A stretch of DNA of 63,800 nucleotides, counting the filler, from Octopus bimaculoides (Eukaryota): the NCBI RefSeq assembly GCF_001194135.2. It is 9 parts of 8 records of this genome, joined end to end, with 100 filler letters (N's around TTAATTAATTAA, not from the genome) between each part and the next. Parts side by side here need not be neighbours in the genome. Positions count along the whole stretch, not along the records: positions 1 to 18,369 come from NC_068994.1; positions 18,470 to 24,109 come from NC_068991.1; positions 24,210 to 38,186 come from NC_068987.1; 6 more parts are not named here. The stretch is one strand, 5' to 3'. Below, piece by piece: positions 12,932 through 25,230 of the stretch (position 1 is its first letter; each line of letters begins with the position of its first letter). Position numbers and translations under genes: made by a program. Under the pieces are notes generated by a model. The model was given only the letters and a program-made list of their open reading frames with translations. It had not been told where the DNA came from and did no database searches.

Positions 12932-13523
12932 GTGCATACAAACACAGACACTTACACACTCTCTTTCTCGCACACAGATATGTTGACAAACTCACGAGTA
13001 CATACAGGGAAATGCGCATGCGCTCTTGTATAGTTAAGCTCTTTCACCATAGAAAACGTTTAGTTTTTCTCTTAGAAACGAAAATATTAGAAGCAAACAT
13101 GAATCATTTAGCGCCACCCATCTCTTCCTAACCCGTTCACTCCTCATTCTTAATATCTTAGTTCAACCATCAAGAATTAATTACCAAATTGATGATGAAA
13201 AAACAAACGGATTATATTTTTAAAATATTAAAACTAACAACATAATTTCATTGAAAATATATATTTAGTTCTGTCCTGTCGCCTTTATTTGTTATAAGTG
13301 TCGATTGGATGAGTTTGCAAATATCTAAATGACCTAGAGACAAGTGTCTTCAGAGCTAGTTCTCCCTTTCAAACATCGACACTAAACTGATAGTGTGCAT
13401 ATAGTTTTTATATATTTAATTTTTTAGAAGGCGTCTTGATTCTAGTCTCACTGAATTCGAAATCAGCTGATTCAGAAGCTGATCTGTTTCTGGACACTCT
13501 ACAGGTCAACTCCAGCGCTGAAA

Positions 13524-13570
13524 CCACTAGATCAGGTGATTTCGACCTTCCTTGGTCTCATCGGTGACGG
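13524..13570 (-). ncRNA. Candidate type I hammerhead ribozyme (U4C core variant)
   Basis: Minus strand reads CCGTCA-CCGATGA-GACC-AAGGAA-GGTC-GAA-ATCACCTGAT-C-TAGTGG: core, 4-bp stem II, stem III, AUC cleavage triplet and a wobble-rich stem I. Confidence 0.55.
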
Positions 13571-13869
13571 ACGCTCGACCACTAGAGATATTTGAGGATG
13601 GTCATCTTAAATAAACACACGCACTCTTTGGCCTTCATTTCATTATTATTATTATGAAGGCGGCCAGCTGGCAGAATCGTTAGCACGCTGGACAAAATGT
13701 CTAGCGGTATTTCACCCGTGGCTCCGTTCTGAGTTCAAATTCCATCAAGGTCGATTTTGCCTTTCATCTTTTTAGGGTCGATAAAATAAGTACCAGTTGA
13801 ACACTGGCACATGCCCTAATGATAATAATAATAGTTTCAAATTTTGCCACAAAGGCAGCAATTTGAAAC

Positions 13870-13902
<33 letters not shown>

Positions 13903-13903
13903 C

Positions 13904-13964
<61 letters not shown>

Positions 13965-14509
13965 GGGCATGCGCCATCAAAGTGACACTGGGGTACAAGT
14001 ATACGAAGCCCAATATACCCATCATGACTACGCGTCTGTTAAGGGTATACCAGGCACATGCATCACAACCAGATGTACGCGATATGGTGATCTCATATCA
14101 AGATAAACTGCATGACCTTATAGGCGAGGTGGGGGGCAGTTAGAATTTTCTTCTGGTCGAGTAGCCCATCCCATTCAAAAGTTCACTGAATAAGGTTTGT
14201 TTAAAGATGTTCATTGAAACACCCATGTTTCCGGAGGTAAATTATTCAAACACCAAAGAATTCCTTTCAAAACATGGCTATGATGCCCCCCCACTACTTC
14301 TGCTCGTCATCAGAGATGCACATATTGTCAGCCACCGAAGAACATGCTCAACTGTTTAAGGTCAAGACCTGGCAAGCAAATATGTAGTATTGAGCAAAAT
14401 ATTTGCTGTAGCCCATCTTTTATACTAAGACAAAACATGTACATGATAACACTTCCAATCAGTTAAGATCAGAAGCCACGAGAGCCACTGCCTGGTACTG
14501 TATCAAGGC
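13965..14509. mobile_element. Non-coding element of about 556 bp flanked on both sides by (ATT)n; copy A
   Basis: Homologous to 17227-17782 (copy B, complete) and 23865-24109 (copy C, cut by a gap); every visible end abuts an ATT tract. Confidence 0.85.
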
Positions 14510-14529
14510 ATTATTATTATTCATTCTTC

Positions 14530-16967
14530 GGCCTCTGAAGACGGGATCAAAACCGACAGCTTTCAGGACAAACACCAGATAGCGATGGTCCACACCATCA
14601 AAAGCTTTGGACTGGTCCAAATTGATCAGTGTCCCTCCAAAGCCCGATCTATTCCCGACCCGTTCTACGATGTATCGCATAAGGTGGAGATTGTCGTGGA
14701 TAGATCTACCGGGGATCGCACAGGTTTGTGCATCCCCGACTATACTACTGACAACAAGCACACGCCTCTTGGCGAGTGCCTTGGCTAAAATCTTTCACTC
14801 AGTGTCGAGTAGAGTTATGGGCATGAAGTTTTCAATCACATCCTCCTTGTTCGGATCCTTTCTCAGCAGCATCATCACTCCCCGATTCACATGACTGGGA
14901 ATACTTCCCGTCTGTTGCCAGGAGCAGTAGACAGCTGCTAAAACCGACGCAAACAAGTCCGACATATGGGCAATATAGTTCATTGGGCAGACCATCCAAT
15001 CCTGGTGATTTGCGCCCCATGCAGCGGCCCAGTACGTCTTCCACTTTCTTAACTGAAATCAGCTCGCAGCACTCGATATCCTTGTCCGATAGGCCCAGTA
15101 TACCCTCGAGGTAAGCCTCAAAGCTTGCTGTGTCAAAAATACTACTCCTCGAAAAGAGATCGGCGAAATGCTACCGAAATACTGCACTCATCTGTTTGGA
15201 ATCGGAGTGCATGTGACCACTGCGGTTGATCAGAGAGCGAATCCTAAATTTGTTTCCATGCTGTGCCTCCGCTACCCGAGCCCAGTCAACGGCTTTTGAG
15301 CTTTCATGTTTCAAGGCACGCACCCAAGCTCGAACAATACAGCCTTCATGTTTTACGTCGAGTGCCATTCTCGCCACTACCACGTCATTTACAATCCCAC
15401 TTTTATGTGCTTCTTCTAAGTTACTAACTAGTTTATTTTCTATTCCGTTGTTTACTAAAGTAATCTCTTTGCTAAAACTAAATGGCAGCTCTCTCATTTT
15501 CCTTTTTAAGGAGACCCACCACCTATGGTATCAGACTCTTCGGACACAGAAAAGATCGACACCATACTAAAAGGATATCAGGAATGCACAGGAGCGCCCA
15601 TAAACCAGGACAAGTCAGTTGGTCTGCAACTAGGCTCTTGGAGAGGCAAATTAACTAGCAGCAATTTCTGGACGGAGGGTCCGGTGAAAGTGCTCGGAGT
15701 CTGGTTCGGACCAGATCTCCAGGTAGATAGGAACTGGGAAGAGATCATGACTAGGGTGGTCAAGCTCACCCAGAAATGGACAGAACGGAAGCTGTCGTTG
15801 AAAGGCCGGGCGCAAGTAGCGAATGCATATATCGCCTCGGTAGTGTACTACCGCCTAGCAATCGTACCTTGTCCTAAGAAAAAACTCTGACCAAATTGGA
15901 GCGCTTGCTTTTCCGATTCCTATGGAAGGGCTAGGTTCCGCTGGTCAGAAAATCCATCTGCTGTCAACATCCACACCGTGTTGGTCTTGGGATGCCACCC
16001 TTAATGATGCGGTGCCACGCTTTGAGGCTGTTACACCTACAAAAATATCTAAATCACTGCGATGATGTGGACGACGACAACGAACTGGTGTGGACGTCTT
16101 AAGTGTGACACGTCTTTCCGCAGCTCATCTCATTCACAGGCTGGGCATTTGGAATCTAGAACGTTGCCAGGCGCTCACTTTAGTGTACCAGCTTCCCAAA
16201 ACCGCTAGCGGGAAAGCAACCCAAGATTTCTGTTGGGGGCTAGTTGAGGGTATGACTGATGATGGCTAAGGATTGAATCTAGGCATCGACAAGAACAGTC
16301 TGAGTAGTCTCTTCCAGAGTACCCTTGGGTCGAAGATCATGGAAAATTTCTATAAGCCTTTGGCTTGGCAGTGCTACGGAGGGGCATTGCCTGTTCGAGA
16401 AAGCTCTTCAGGCATGGAAGTACCAACAGCCGAACTTGCTCGAGATGCTTGCAAGGGGACGAAACCGTCCTGCATGCAATAATTCAGTGTCTGTGCATTA
16501 GAGTGTTGAGGGATTGTATGAAGCAGCTATTGTCACGTGTAAGATGAATTCAGCTGTCTGCCGAGTGAAGATCGACTCACCACTATCCCTTAGTAGAGAA
16601 GGAAGGCAGATCTTTCTCTGCTTAGTGGCTGTGGTAAACGAGGCAGTGGATTCGTCTGAGAGGTTTGAAGACAGGCACATTCCTATCTGGTTAAGCACTC
16701 ATCAATTTCTTCAAATATCATTTGAAGAAGAAGGTAAGGATAGAGAGGGCGGTGCTGCTTTCTAGTGTGTTTATCCAAAGGCGGTCGACAGTGGCAAGAC
16801 TGGTGAGATTGAATGGATCTACTCTGAATATGCTTTTCTAAGCAGGAGGAAAGAAACTGGAAGAGGGCACTTTCCCATGCTTTGGAGATGGCAGAGTAAT
16901 CCGGGGTTTTGTGTGGGGTTTACCCCGGATTACATTAAGCGAACTGTCCCGCTACAGGGGATTCTAT

Positions 16968-17002
<35 letters not shown>

Positions 17003-17160
17003 CTATTTCTCTACTTTCTATTATATATCCTCTGTTATATCTTTCAATATGGTAGTCTCTCCCCTTGATTGACCCCCGCATGTTTTGTAATTTTTTTGTG
17101 CTGTAACTCGTCCTTCGATATTGTCCTCCATGTCTTGGGCCCTTGTGGCAATAAGAAAAT
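14530..17160 (+). mobile_element. 5'-truncated L1/Tx1-like LINE with an inverted 5' segment (14530-15526 on minus, 15525-17160 on plus)
   Basis: Minus part has RT-upstream motifs (LLRKDP, FMPITLL, QTCAIPGRSIHDNL, LDQSKAFD). Plus part has the RT C-terminus (LGVWFGP, LSLKGRA), zinc motif CSRC...ETVLHAIIQC, 3' UTR and an AATAA/(ATT)n tail. Confidence 0.9.
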
Positions 17161-17181
17161 CATTATTTATTATTGTTATTA

Positions 17182-17226
<45 letters not shown>

Positions 17227-17782
17227 GAGTGAGAGAGCAGTGCATGCCATCAATGTGACACTGGGGTAAAATATACGATGCTCAGTATATCCATCATGAG
17301 TACTCGTCTGATAAGGGTACACCAGACACATACATCACAACCATATGCGCGCGACATGGTGATTTCATATCAAGATAAACAGAGCATGACCTTGCAGGTG
17401 GGGCCCAGTTAGAATATTCATCAGGTCGAGTAGCCCATCTCGCTCAAATGGTCCATGAATAAGGGTTGTTTAAGGATGTTGAACGAAATACTCATGTTTC
17501 CGGAGGTGAATTATTCAAATCCCAAAGAATTCCTCTCAACACATAGCTATGATGCTCCCCTACTATTTCTGCTCATGATCAGAGATGCACATATCGACAG
17601 CCACCAAAGAACATGCTCAACTGTTTAAGGTCAAGCAACTGACAAGCAAATATCTGGCATTGAGCAAAATATTTGTTGTGTCCCATCTTTTATACCAAGA
17701 CAAAACAATGTACATGACAACACCTCCAATCAGTTAAGATCAGAAGCCATGAGAGCCACTACCTGGTACCGCATCAGGGCTC
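17227..17782. mobile_element. Non-coding (ATT)n-flanked element of 556 bp; copy B
   Basis: See copy A; runs from GAGTGAGAGAGCAG to CATCAGGGCTC between ATT tracts. Confidence 0.85.
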
Positions 17783-17869
<87 letters not shown>

Positions 17870-17887
17870 ATGTTGTTGTTGTTGTTG

Positions 17888-17921
<34 letters not shown>

Positions 17922-17922
<1 letters not shown>

Positions 17923-18188
17923 TCTCTTTATCACAGGTCTTGTTGGAGCTCCTGGAGTTTTGCATGCGTAGCGGGCTTGCTACCTGAAGCCTACGGTACC
18001 ATGCTATCCGTTCTTTTCAACTATCTAATACTTTCCTGATTATTCTGGTCGTGCCAAGAAGGCAAACCTTTTGTGAACAGTTCTACTAAGCACTCTATTC
18101 CAATTTCCTTTATATTTCCCTTGCTGTCTTCTGATACTGTTCCCAAGGACTGGCACTATCTTCACTTTCTCCATTTTCCTTGTCCTGA
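17922..18188 (-). mobile_element. 3' fragment of an R4/Dong-like RLE retrotransposon within (TAA)n
   Basis: Minus strand reads VKIVPV...CLLGTTRIIRKVLDS*, the typical C-terminal RLE-LINE motif; ATT tracts on both sides. Confidence 0.7.
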
Positions 18189-18195
18189 TTATTAC

Positions 18196-18252
<57 letters not shown>

Positions 18253-18369
18253 GTAAACAAAGGAATTATCTCCCTATGCCATTGGCTAACGACTATCGAC
18301 TTTCAGCTGCGCTACAATCTTGCTGTCTCCAAAAAGCTACGAACGTAAACAAGGGGATTATCTCCCTTT

Positions 18370-18469
18370 NNNNNNNNNNNNNNNNNNNNNNNNNNNNNNN
18401 NNNNNNNNNNNNNTTAATTAATTAANNNNNNNNNNNNNNNNNNNNNNNNNNNNNNNNNNNNNNNNNNNN
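18370..18469. other. Artificial 100-bp scaffold spacer (44 N + TTAATTAATTAA + 44 N); also at 24110, 38187, 40379, 48314, 50602, 58653 and 62527
   Basis: Same layout eight times; the 12-mer places stops in all six frames. Confidence 0.97.
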
Positions 18470-19624
18470 ATATATATATATATATATATATATATACCAC
18501 AGGCCTCTTTCAGTTTCCGTCTACCAAATCCCCTCCAAAGTTCCAGTAGAAGACACATGTATATATATGTATATGTATATATATTTCATTCCATATCGGC
18601 TACCTCTGATGAGCATAGGGTTATATAATCAGACTGTTACCTAACACTCCATTGTACCCTTAGCACGAAACAGATAAGATTGGCTGTGACAGATATATAA
18701 TACTGTACACTTCATTAATATATATGTGTGTGCTTTGGGCGCGTTGGTGGGTATACATACATAATACACACATGCAAATGCACATGCACACACAGGCCAG
18801 CATCTTCAACGATTTCCATCTATAAAATGTCACCCTCAAGGTTATGATACAAGACACTTGTCCAAGATGTCATGCCATAACATTGATCCTGGAACCACAT
18901 GATTGTGGAACCAACTTCTTATCAACAATACATTTCTGTAAAGTGTCAGTACTTACAACACCCTTTAATCTGTTGCAGCCTTCTTTTAGCTCCATCCAGG
19001 CTACTTATTTTCTTCTAGTCCCTATAACTCACCATTGTCCTTCATCCAGTGCTCTTTACTCTTCACTATTGTTCTTGACCTCCTCTTAATACTTCTATCA
19101 TAAATATTTTCTTTCTAAAGAAGAGCTTAATTCATAACACTAATATTCTTGTTTTCCTGAAGCTTATGTACTTATCCTAATTTTCAAAACTTTACCAAAT
19201 GAATTTTTCAAATGCAAACTATCACAGATTTTCTTACATTCTATTCTTTTTAGTGGATTGTGTTACCATAGTAACAATGCAATGCTCCTAATACAAGCTT
19301 TCCAGTTGGTAATCTTTTTATCATCTTGACCACACACTGGTTTATATTTGCTTATACCACATTGCTGCTCATTTGCACAACTGAATATTATTTAGGAAAG
19401 CTATTAAATTGATTAATTGTTCTGGTGTTTCGTTGTCCTAATTTACTATAATTTAGTTTATTGAAATATTCTGGTGTATGAACAGCTATTTTTATTCATT
19501 ATTAGCAAATTTTATTTTAAAGAAAAAAAATCTTTGAAAAGAAAGGCTTTCTTACTACACCATTGTATTGCTGTATATATTGTTGATTTTGTAATTTTAT
19601 GAGAGATACTAAAAATAGTAATTA

Positions 19625-19672
<48 letters not shown>

Positions 19673-19673
<1 letters not shown>

Positions 19674-22600
19674 CACTCAACAGATTAGACTGTTGGAAAA
19701 GAAAAGAATCCTAACATCAAGCTACAACAAGTTGCCTTAGATGCCAAGAACCCTCCAAGTATCCTAGTTGCCCGTAATACTGTTTTCTGTAGCTGTATGC
19801 CTATTTCCTCTGTCCATCTGTTCAGATCTTTAGGGATAGTTCCCAATGCACCTATAACTACTACATTTTACCTGCACTTTCCATAGTATCTGTAATTCAA
19901 TAGCTAAGTCCTGCTACTTTGCTATTTTTTCTATACTTCTCATATTAATTTTTTCATCATTTGGGACTGTAAAGTCAATTATCTGGCACTTTGTATTCTT
20001 TTTATTTACTACTATCAAATCAGGCCTTTTAGCTTCTATTACTCTGTCAGTTTGAATGTTAAAGTCCCACAACATCTTTTACTTCTTACTTTCTAGTACT
20101 TAATTAGGTCCATGTTCATACCATTTATCAGTATGTTCAAATCCTAGCTTTCTACAAAGCTCCCAGTAGATTGCTCTCCCTAGATTGTCATGTTTTTTCT
20201 TGTATTCTTTCTGTGCCAGCATGCTACATTCACTTACTGTATGAGTAACATTTTCCTCTTTTGATTTGCATAATCTACATTGGGAATCTACTTGATTTTT
20301 GTCTATTTTGGCTTTTATCCATTTAGTCCTTAATGCTTGATCTTGTGCAGCTACTAACAAACTTTCTCTCTCCCTCTTCAGTCATAGCCATGTCTCAGTA
20401 CTACTATTTGCTGAAACTATCTTTGGGAATCTACCATGCAATGCCTTCTCCTGCCAGTCAGATAATTTCTGTTCTTTTTTTCTGGTTTTTAAGTTCGTCT
20501 GGTGTTTTGGTTTCCCTACGTCTTGCTCTGACTCTGACAGCTTTTAATAAAATTTCTTTATTATTATCTACATAGGAGTTTATATCTACTCTAGCTAACT
20601 CCACACAGTCTTCCACTAATAGTAACCCTCTTCTACCTTCTTTTCTAGTAGGTATAATCTTGCTACTCCTGCCCTTGAGTGAAGTCCTCCATTCATATTG
20701 AATTCCTTCCTAGTTCATCTGTCTAGCTTTGCTAATTCAGTTTTTGACAAATCTACAAAAGCTGATGAGTATCTAAGTAATGATACTGCCCAAGTATTTA
20801 CAGCCTTCACTATATTCAGACCATTTAGCTTTGACTTCATTAGCTTCCTCACCCTTCTGATGTACTCCTTCTCAATTTTCGTTTTCATTTCTGTAGTTAG
20901 TATTATGTTAGATTCTGATACTCTTAGTTACTTATAACTCTCCTCCTTTCAATAATTTTAATATATGACCATTCAGTAATTGGATGCCTTCGCTGTTGAC
21001 TACATGTCCCCTTCTCATAACTAATATTGCACACTTATCTATGCCAAATTCTGTGCTTATATCTTTGTTGAAGAGTCTTATAGTCTGTATTAAGGAATCT
21101 ATCTCTTTTTCATTCTTACTAAAAGGCTTCAGATCATCCAAGTAGAGCAAATGGTTTAATTTTTCCATTACTATTTCTAAACTGACACCCTGCCTTTGCC
21201 TTTTTTAATACTAAACTGGGGGGGATAGAACAAATATTAAAGGGGACGAGTTCCCCAGGAAAATTCTTCTTTTGATATTAATTTTGTGTGTCACCTGGGT
21301 TAGAGATCTACTTTCCATTTCTTCATGCTAAAGCTAATTAATTCTCTTATGTTGTCTGCTATATAAAACATACTCAAACATTCACTTGTCCATGCGTATG
21401 GGATCATGTATAGGCTTTCCTATAATCTGGCCATGCTGTTGGTAGATTTTTCTTTCTATCTTCTTCATTTAGAACTGCTTTATCTATGTATAATAGATCG
21501 TGCATTCCTCTGGCCTTCTTCCTACAACCTTTCTGTTCTTCTGGTAGTAAATTCTGGTTGTCAAGGTGCTCGTAAATGCTTTTTGAAAGCATTCCTGTTA
21601 CCCGCTTCCACACTAATGGTAAGCAAGTGATTGGTCTATAGTTGCTAGCTGTATTACCCTTGCTCTTATCCTTCATAATGAGTATTGTCTTCCGTCTAGT
21701 CATCCAATCAGGTATTATTCCTCCATTAAGGCAATCTTGAAGTTGTTTCCCTCAGTCTCCCATATAAACTACTGAATTTCTTTAGCCAATATCCTTGAAC
21801 TAAATCTGGTCCTGGGCCCTTCCAGTTTGGCATTTTTCCTAACACTTTACTCATTAATGCACTAGTTAATCTTAGATATGGCTGCTTCTCACTCACTACT
21901 TGTTCCCTCACTTTCTTCAACTATACTGCATCTCTATTGTGATTGATTAGTTTATCCCAAATATTACTCCAGAACATTCTAGCTTCTTCTGCATTAGGTT
22001 TCTCATCTTCAGTACTTCATTCTCCACTATTTATTTGGTTATAAAATCTCCTCTGGTTTGTCTCGAATAATCTATTCTGTTGATACTAATCTATTCTTTT
22101 CTGATATCTGGAGAGCTTGCCTGCTACTGCTATGATACACTGTTTTAACTCTTCTATTACTGTCCCAAATCCTTTCTCTTCGAAGGAAGATTTGCATCTT
22201 GTGTTTCCTAACTTGTTCAGTTTCCAGGTTTCTATTAAAGTCTTCACTTTATTTTGTAGTCTCCTTTTTCACATTTGCTTTTTTAAAATCTTTTCCTGTG
22301 AGATATCTAATCTTCTGGTGACTACTACTCCTCCTGCATATGCCTTCTATATTTCTTCTGATAACAGAATCTACTTTCCTAGTCATTTCCTGTAGCTTCC
22401 TTCTGTTGATGTCTTTTAATGCTGGCACTCTTTTCCTTACTTCTTTACTCATTACTTCCTGCAACTCATCTAAAATCTTCTGATCTTCCTCACTTAAATC
22501 ACTTAAGTCATTGGTGCCAGTTGTCCCTTCCTTATTGGTTGTGCTATTATTATTTTTTCTTTAGGTTCTTTGGTTTGAGATGTATTTCTTATGTTATTGT

Positions 22601-23430
22601 TTGTCTTTCCCACTGCCTGGTCTTCTTTCCAGTTCTCTTGTGATCTCTTCTACCTCCAATTCTGTCATCCACTTTCTTTTCCTAATAGCATTGGCTTGAT
22701 CAACTAATCTCTGCTCAGTCACTTTAGACATACCCTTCTCTATCCAAAGTGTTAACATCCCTTTTTTATAACCCCTTCTTTTAGGTTCACTTTCTAAGTA
22801 GCACCGTATCACTATCCTGTTTTCTTCGCTGGTCCACTTCCTCCTCCTTGCTCTATTATCTGCTGATGCTGTTTTAGGATGACATCTGTGGTCAGTCTGC
22901 ATCTTTACTGAACCACTGCCCAGCAAGAGGCCTTCCCTTAAAGGTCCAGCTTCATTTTCACTGTTATAACCAGAGTCTTTCAGAAACTCCTGTCTCTCAT
23001 AAACTAAGGTAAGGTAGCATTCACCACCACTATTATCTTTCAACATCTGAATGTTTCAAGCAACTTTCTATTGCATCATTTGTTGCACCTTTGTGCTGGT
23101 GGAGTGGTGTGTGCTGCATTTTTTGGTGGGGTTGGGGGGAGATATTGTATTGTATCAGTGTGTTTTGTATAGGGTTTTGTTTGAATCTTTGGTTGTATTT
23201 TTATCTTGTATGTTGTTTGTAAGTGCAGGTTGTGTCCTTCTGTCGGGTATCGGCCTTCTATGGAACATGTGGGTTTTGTTCATTTTGTTGGGTATTTACA
23301 GTATGAGTTTAGTCTTGTATGATTTTGGAGGGGTGTTGCACAGTAATATGTGTGTGTGTGTAACTCCTAAATCAACTATTTTATAATATTTCTGATTATC
23401 CATTCTTTTGCTTGGTTTTGTTATGGGTTG
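19673..23430 (-). mobile_element. Near full-length degenerate R4/Dong-clade non-LTR retrotransposon (RT plus restriction-like endonuclease) in a (TAA)n microsatellite
   Basis: N-terminal RRKWTSEENRIVIRCY; RT motifs NYRPITCLP, EEQKGC, DY.KAY, LLYLDDLK; zinc knuckle CRLCKSKEENVTHTVSEC; RLE LWDFNIQTD..IEAKRPD...IIDFTVP. 5' boundary uncertain between about 23050 and 23430. Confidence 0.9.
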
Positions 23431-23510
<80 letters not shown>

Positions 23511-23797
23511 CTATTATTATCACTTGCATTATCATCTTCTTTCAGTTCTGTTTCTTTTCCTTGCCGAGTGCCTTCTTGACATCTAGGGTAAAGACATGCA
23601 CTGTATACATTCGTGGGCCATTAAAATAATCATGCCAGATTGTTCATTTACAAAGTCACGTGATAGAAAAAAGGTGAAGAGAGAAAAATGAAAAATAAAA
23701 TATAAAAGTAAAGAAAGAAAATAAAGGGCAAAAAAGGAAAGAAAATTCACAGCGACAATACTGTTCTCAATATGTGTGATGTACCAGTTAATACAGC

Positions 23798-23840
<43 letters not shown>

Positions 23841-23864
23841 GTTCTTCTTCTTATTATTGTTATT

Positions 23865-24109
23865 GAGTGAGAGAGCAGTACATGCCATCAAAGTGACACT
23901 GGGGTAAAATATACAAAGCCCAATATACCCATCATGACTACCTGTCTGATAAGGGTATACCAGGCACATGCATCACAACCATATGTGCGTGGCATGGTGA
24001 TCTCATATCAAGATAAACAGCGCATGACCTTGCAGGTGGGGCCCAGTTAGAATTTGTTTCAGGTCGAGTAGCCCATCCCGCTCAAAAGGTCCCTGAATAA
24101 GGTTTGTTT
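23865..24109. mobile_element. Non-coding (ATT)n-flanked element; copy C, truncated by an assembly gap
   Basis: Homologous to 17227-17470. Confidence 0.85.
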
Positions 24110-24209
24110 NNNNNNNNNNNNNNNNNNNNNNNNNNNNNNNNNNNNNNNNNNNNTTAATTAATTAANNNNNNNNNNNNNNNNNNNNNNNNNNNNNNNNNNN
24201 NNNNNNNNN

Positions 24210-25230
24210 AAAGGAACGTAATGGAGAGTATCCAGCAAATAGCTAACTCCATCCACCAAAGTATCAAGGTAACTATAGATTACCCGACTAAACACCCCAA
24301 CAATAGGCTCCCGGTACTTGATACTGAACTTTGGTTAGAGACTGTGAACAATAGAGTGCAGCTCCTCCACTCATATTATATGAAACCCATAGCTTCAAAA
24401 TATGTTGTTCACAAGAACTCAGCTTTGTCACACAGCATGAAAATTAACGTACTGATAGCAGACTTAGTTAGGATAATGAACAACATCTCCCCACTATGCG
24501 AACCCTATGAAACGAAAAAACATATACAGAACTTCATGCACCGCATGCAGTTCTCTGGATATAATCAAAAAGATAAGGTTCGAGTATACAGGGGAGCTAG
24601 AAAGAGGTTAAATAATATTATACATAATGATACCTGTGGTACCTGCCCTAGATATAGAAACAAAGAATGTGTGACAAAGCCAACAGGGCGAACACGTGGT
24701 ATAAAACCGACAGATATCAAGGAGTGCTGTTTGTAGAGGCCACAGCCCATGGAGAACTAGCGCGTAGGTTTAGAAAAGCTCTGAAGGAATCCAAATTCAA
24801 CATTAAGATTGTTGAAAAGCCAGGGAACTCCATCAGATCACAACTATGTAGGACGTACCCCTTTGAGAATACCATATGTACCAATGATAACTGCATGGTA
24901 TGTAGGATTAGCCCTGGCATTAACTGCAGAAAGAGAAATGTAGTTTACAGCATAAAATGCATGGAAGGTGCTTGTAAAGACCTGAATATGACAAACATAG
25001 GGGAAACATCTAGGAGCATTGCGGAATGACTAAACGAACATCTCAGACAATATGACGACAAAAAACAGTCCTCCATACTCTACCAACATGCCAAAGACCA
25101 GCATGGAGGCAACTTGGGTCAACTTGACATCCGCATCTTATCCAAGCACCCAAAAGACCCAACTCTAAGACAAATACGGGAGTACGTCCTTATAAATGAA
25201 ACTTCCCCAATACTAAATAGGAAATATACA
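24210..25230 (+). mobile_element. Penelope-like element: RT C-terminus, Cys-rich linker and GIY-YIG endonuclease (possibly Naiad clade)
   Basis: DYPTKHPNNRLPVLD, YYMKP, GVLFVEAT..GELA, CTNDNCMVC...C.KRNVVYSIKC, IGETSRS...NEH; one frameshift and one in-frame TGA. Confidence 0.8.

Noticed and set aside
18414-18425. Recurring TTAATTAATTAA motif (8 times)
   Set aside because: Always centred in exactly 100 bp of Ns; an artificial all-frame-stop scaffold spacer, not biology
25027-25029. In-frame TGA in the PLE GIY-YIG domain as possible selenocysteine
   Set aside because: It falls at the conserved Arg of GETSRS..ER..EH; CGA to TGA deamination is the simpler explanation, and the copy also has a frameshift
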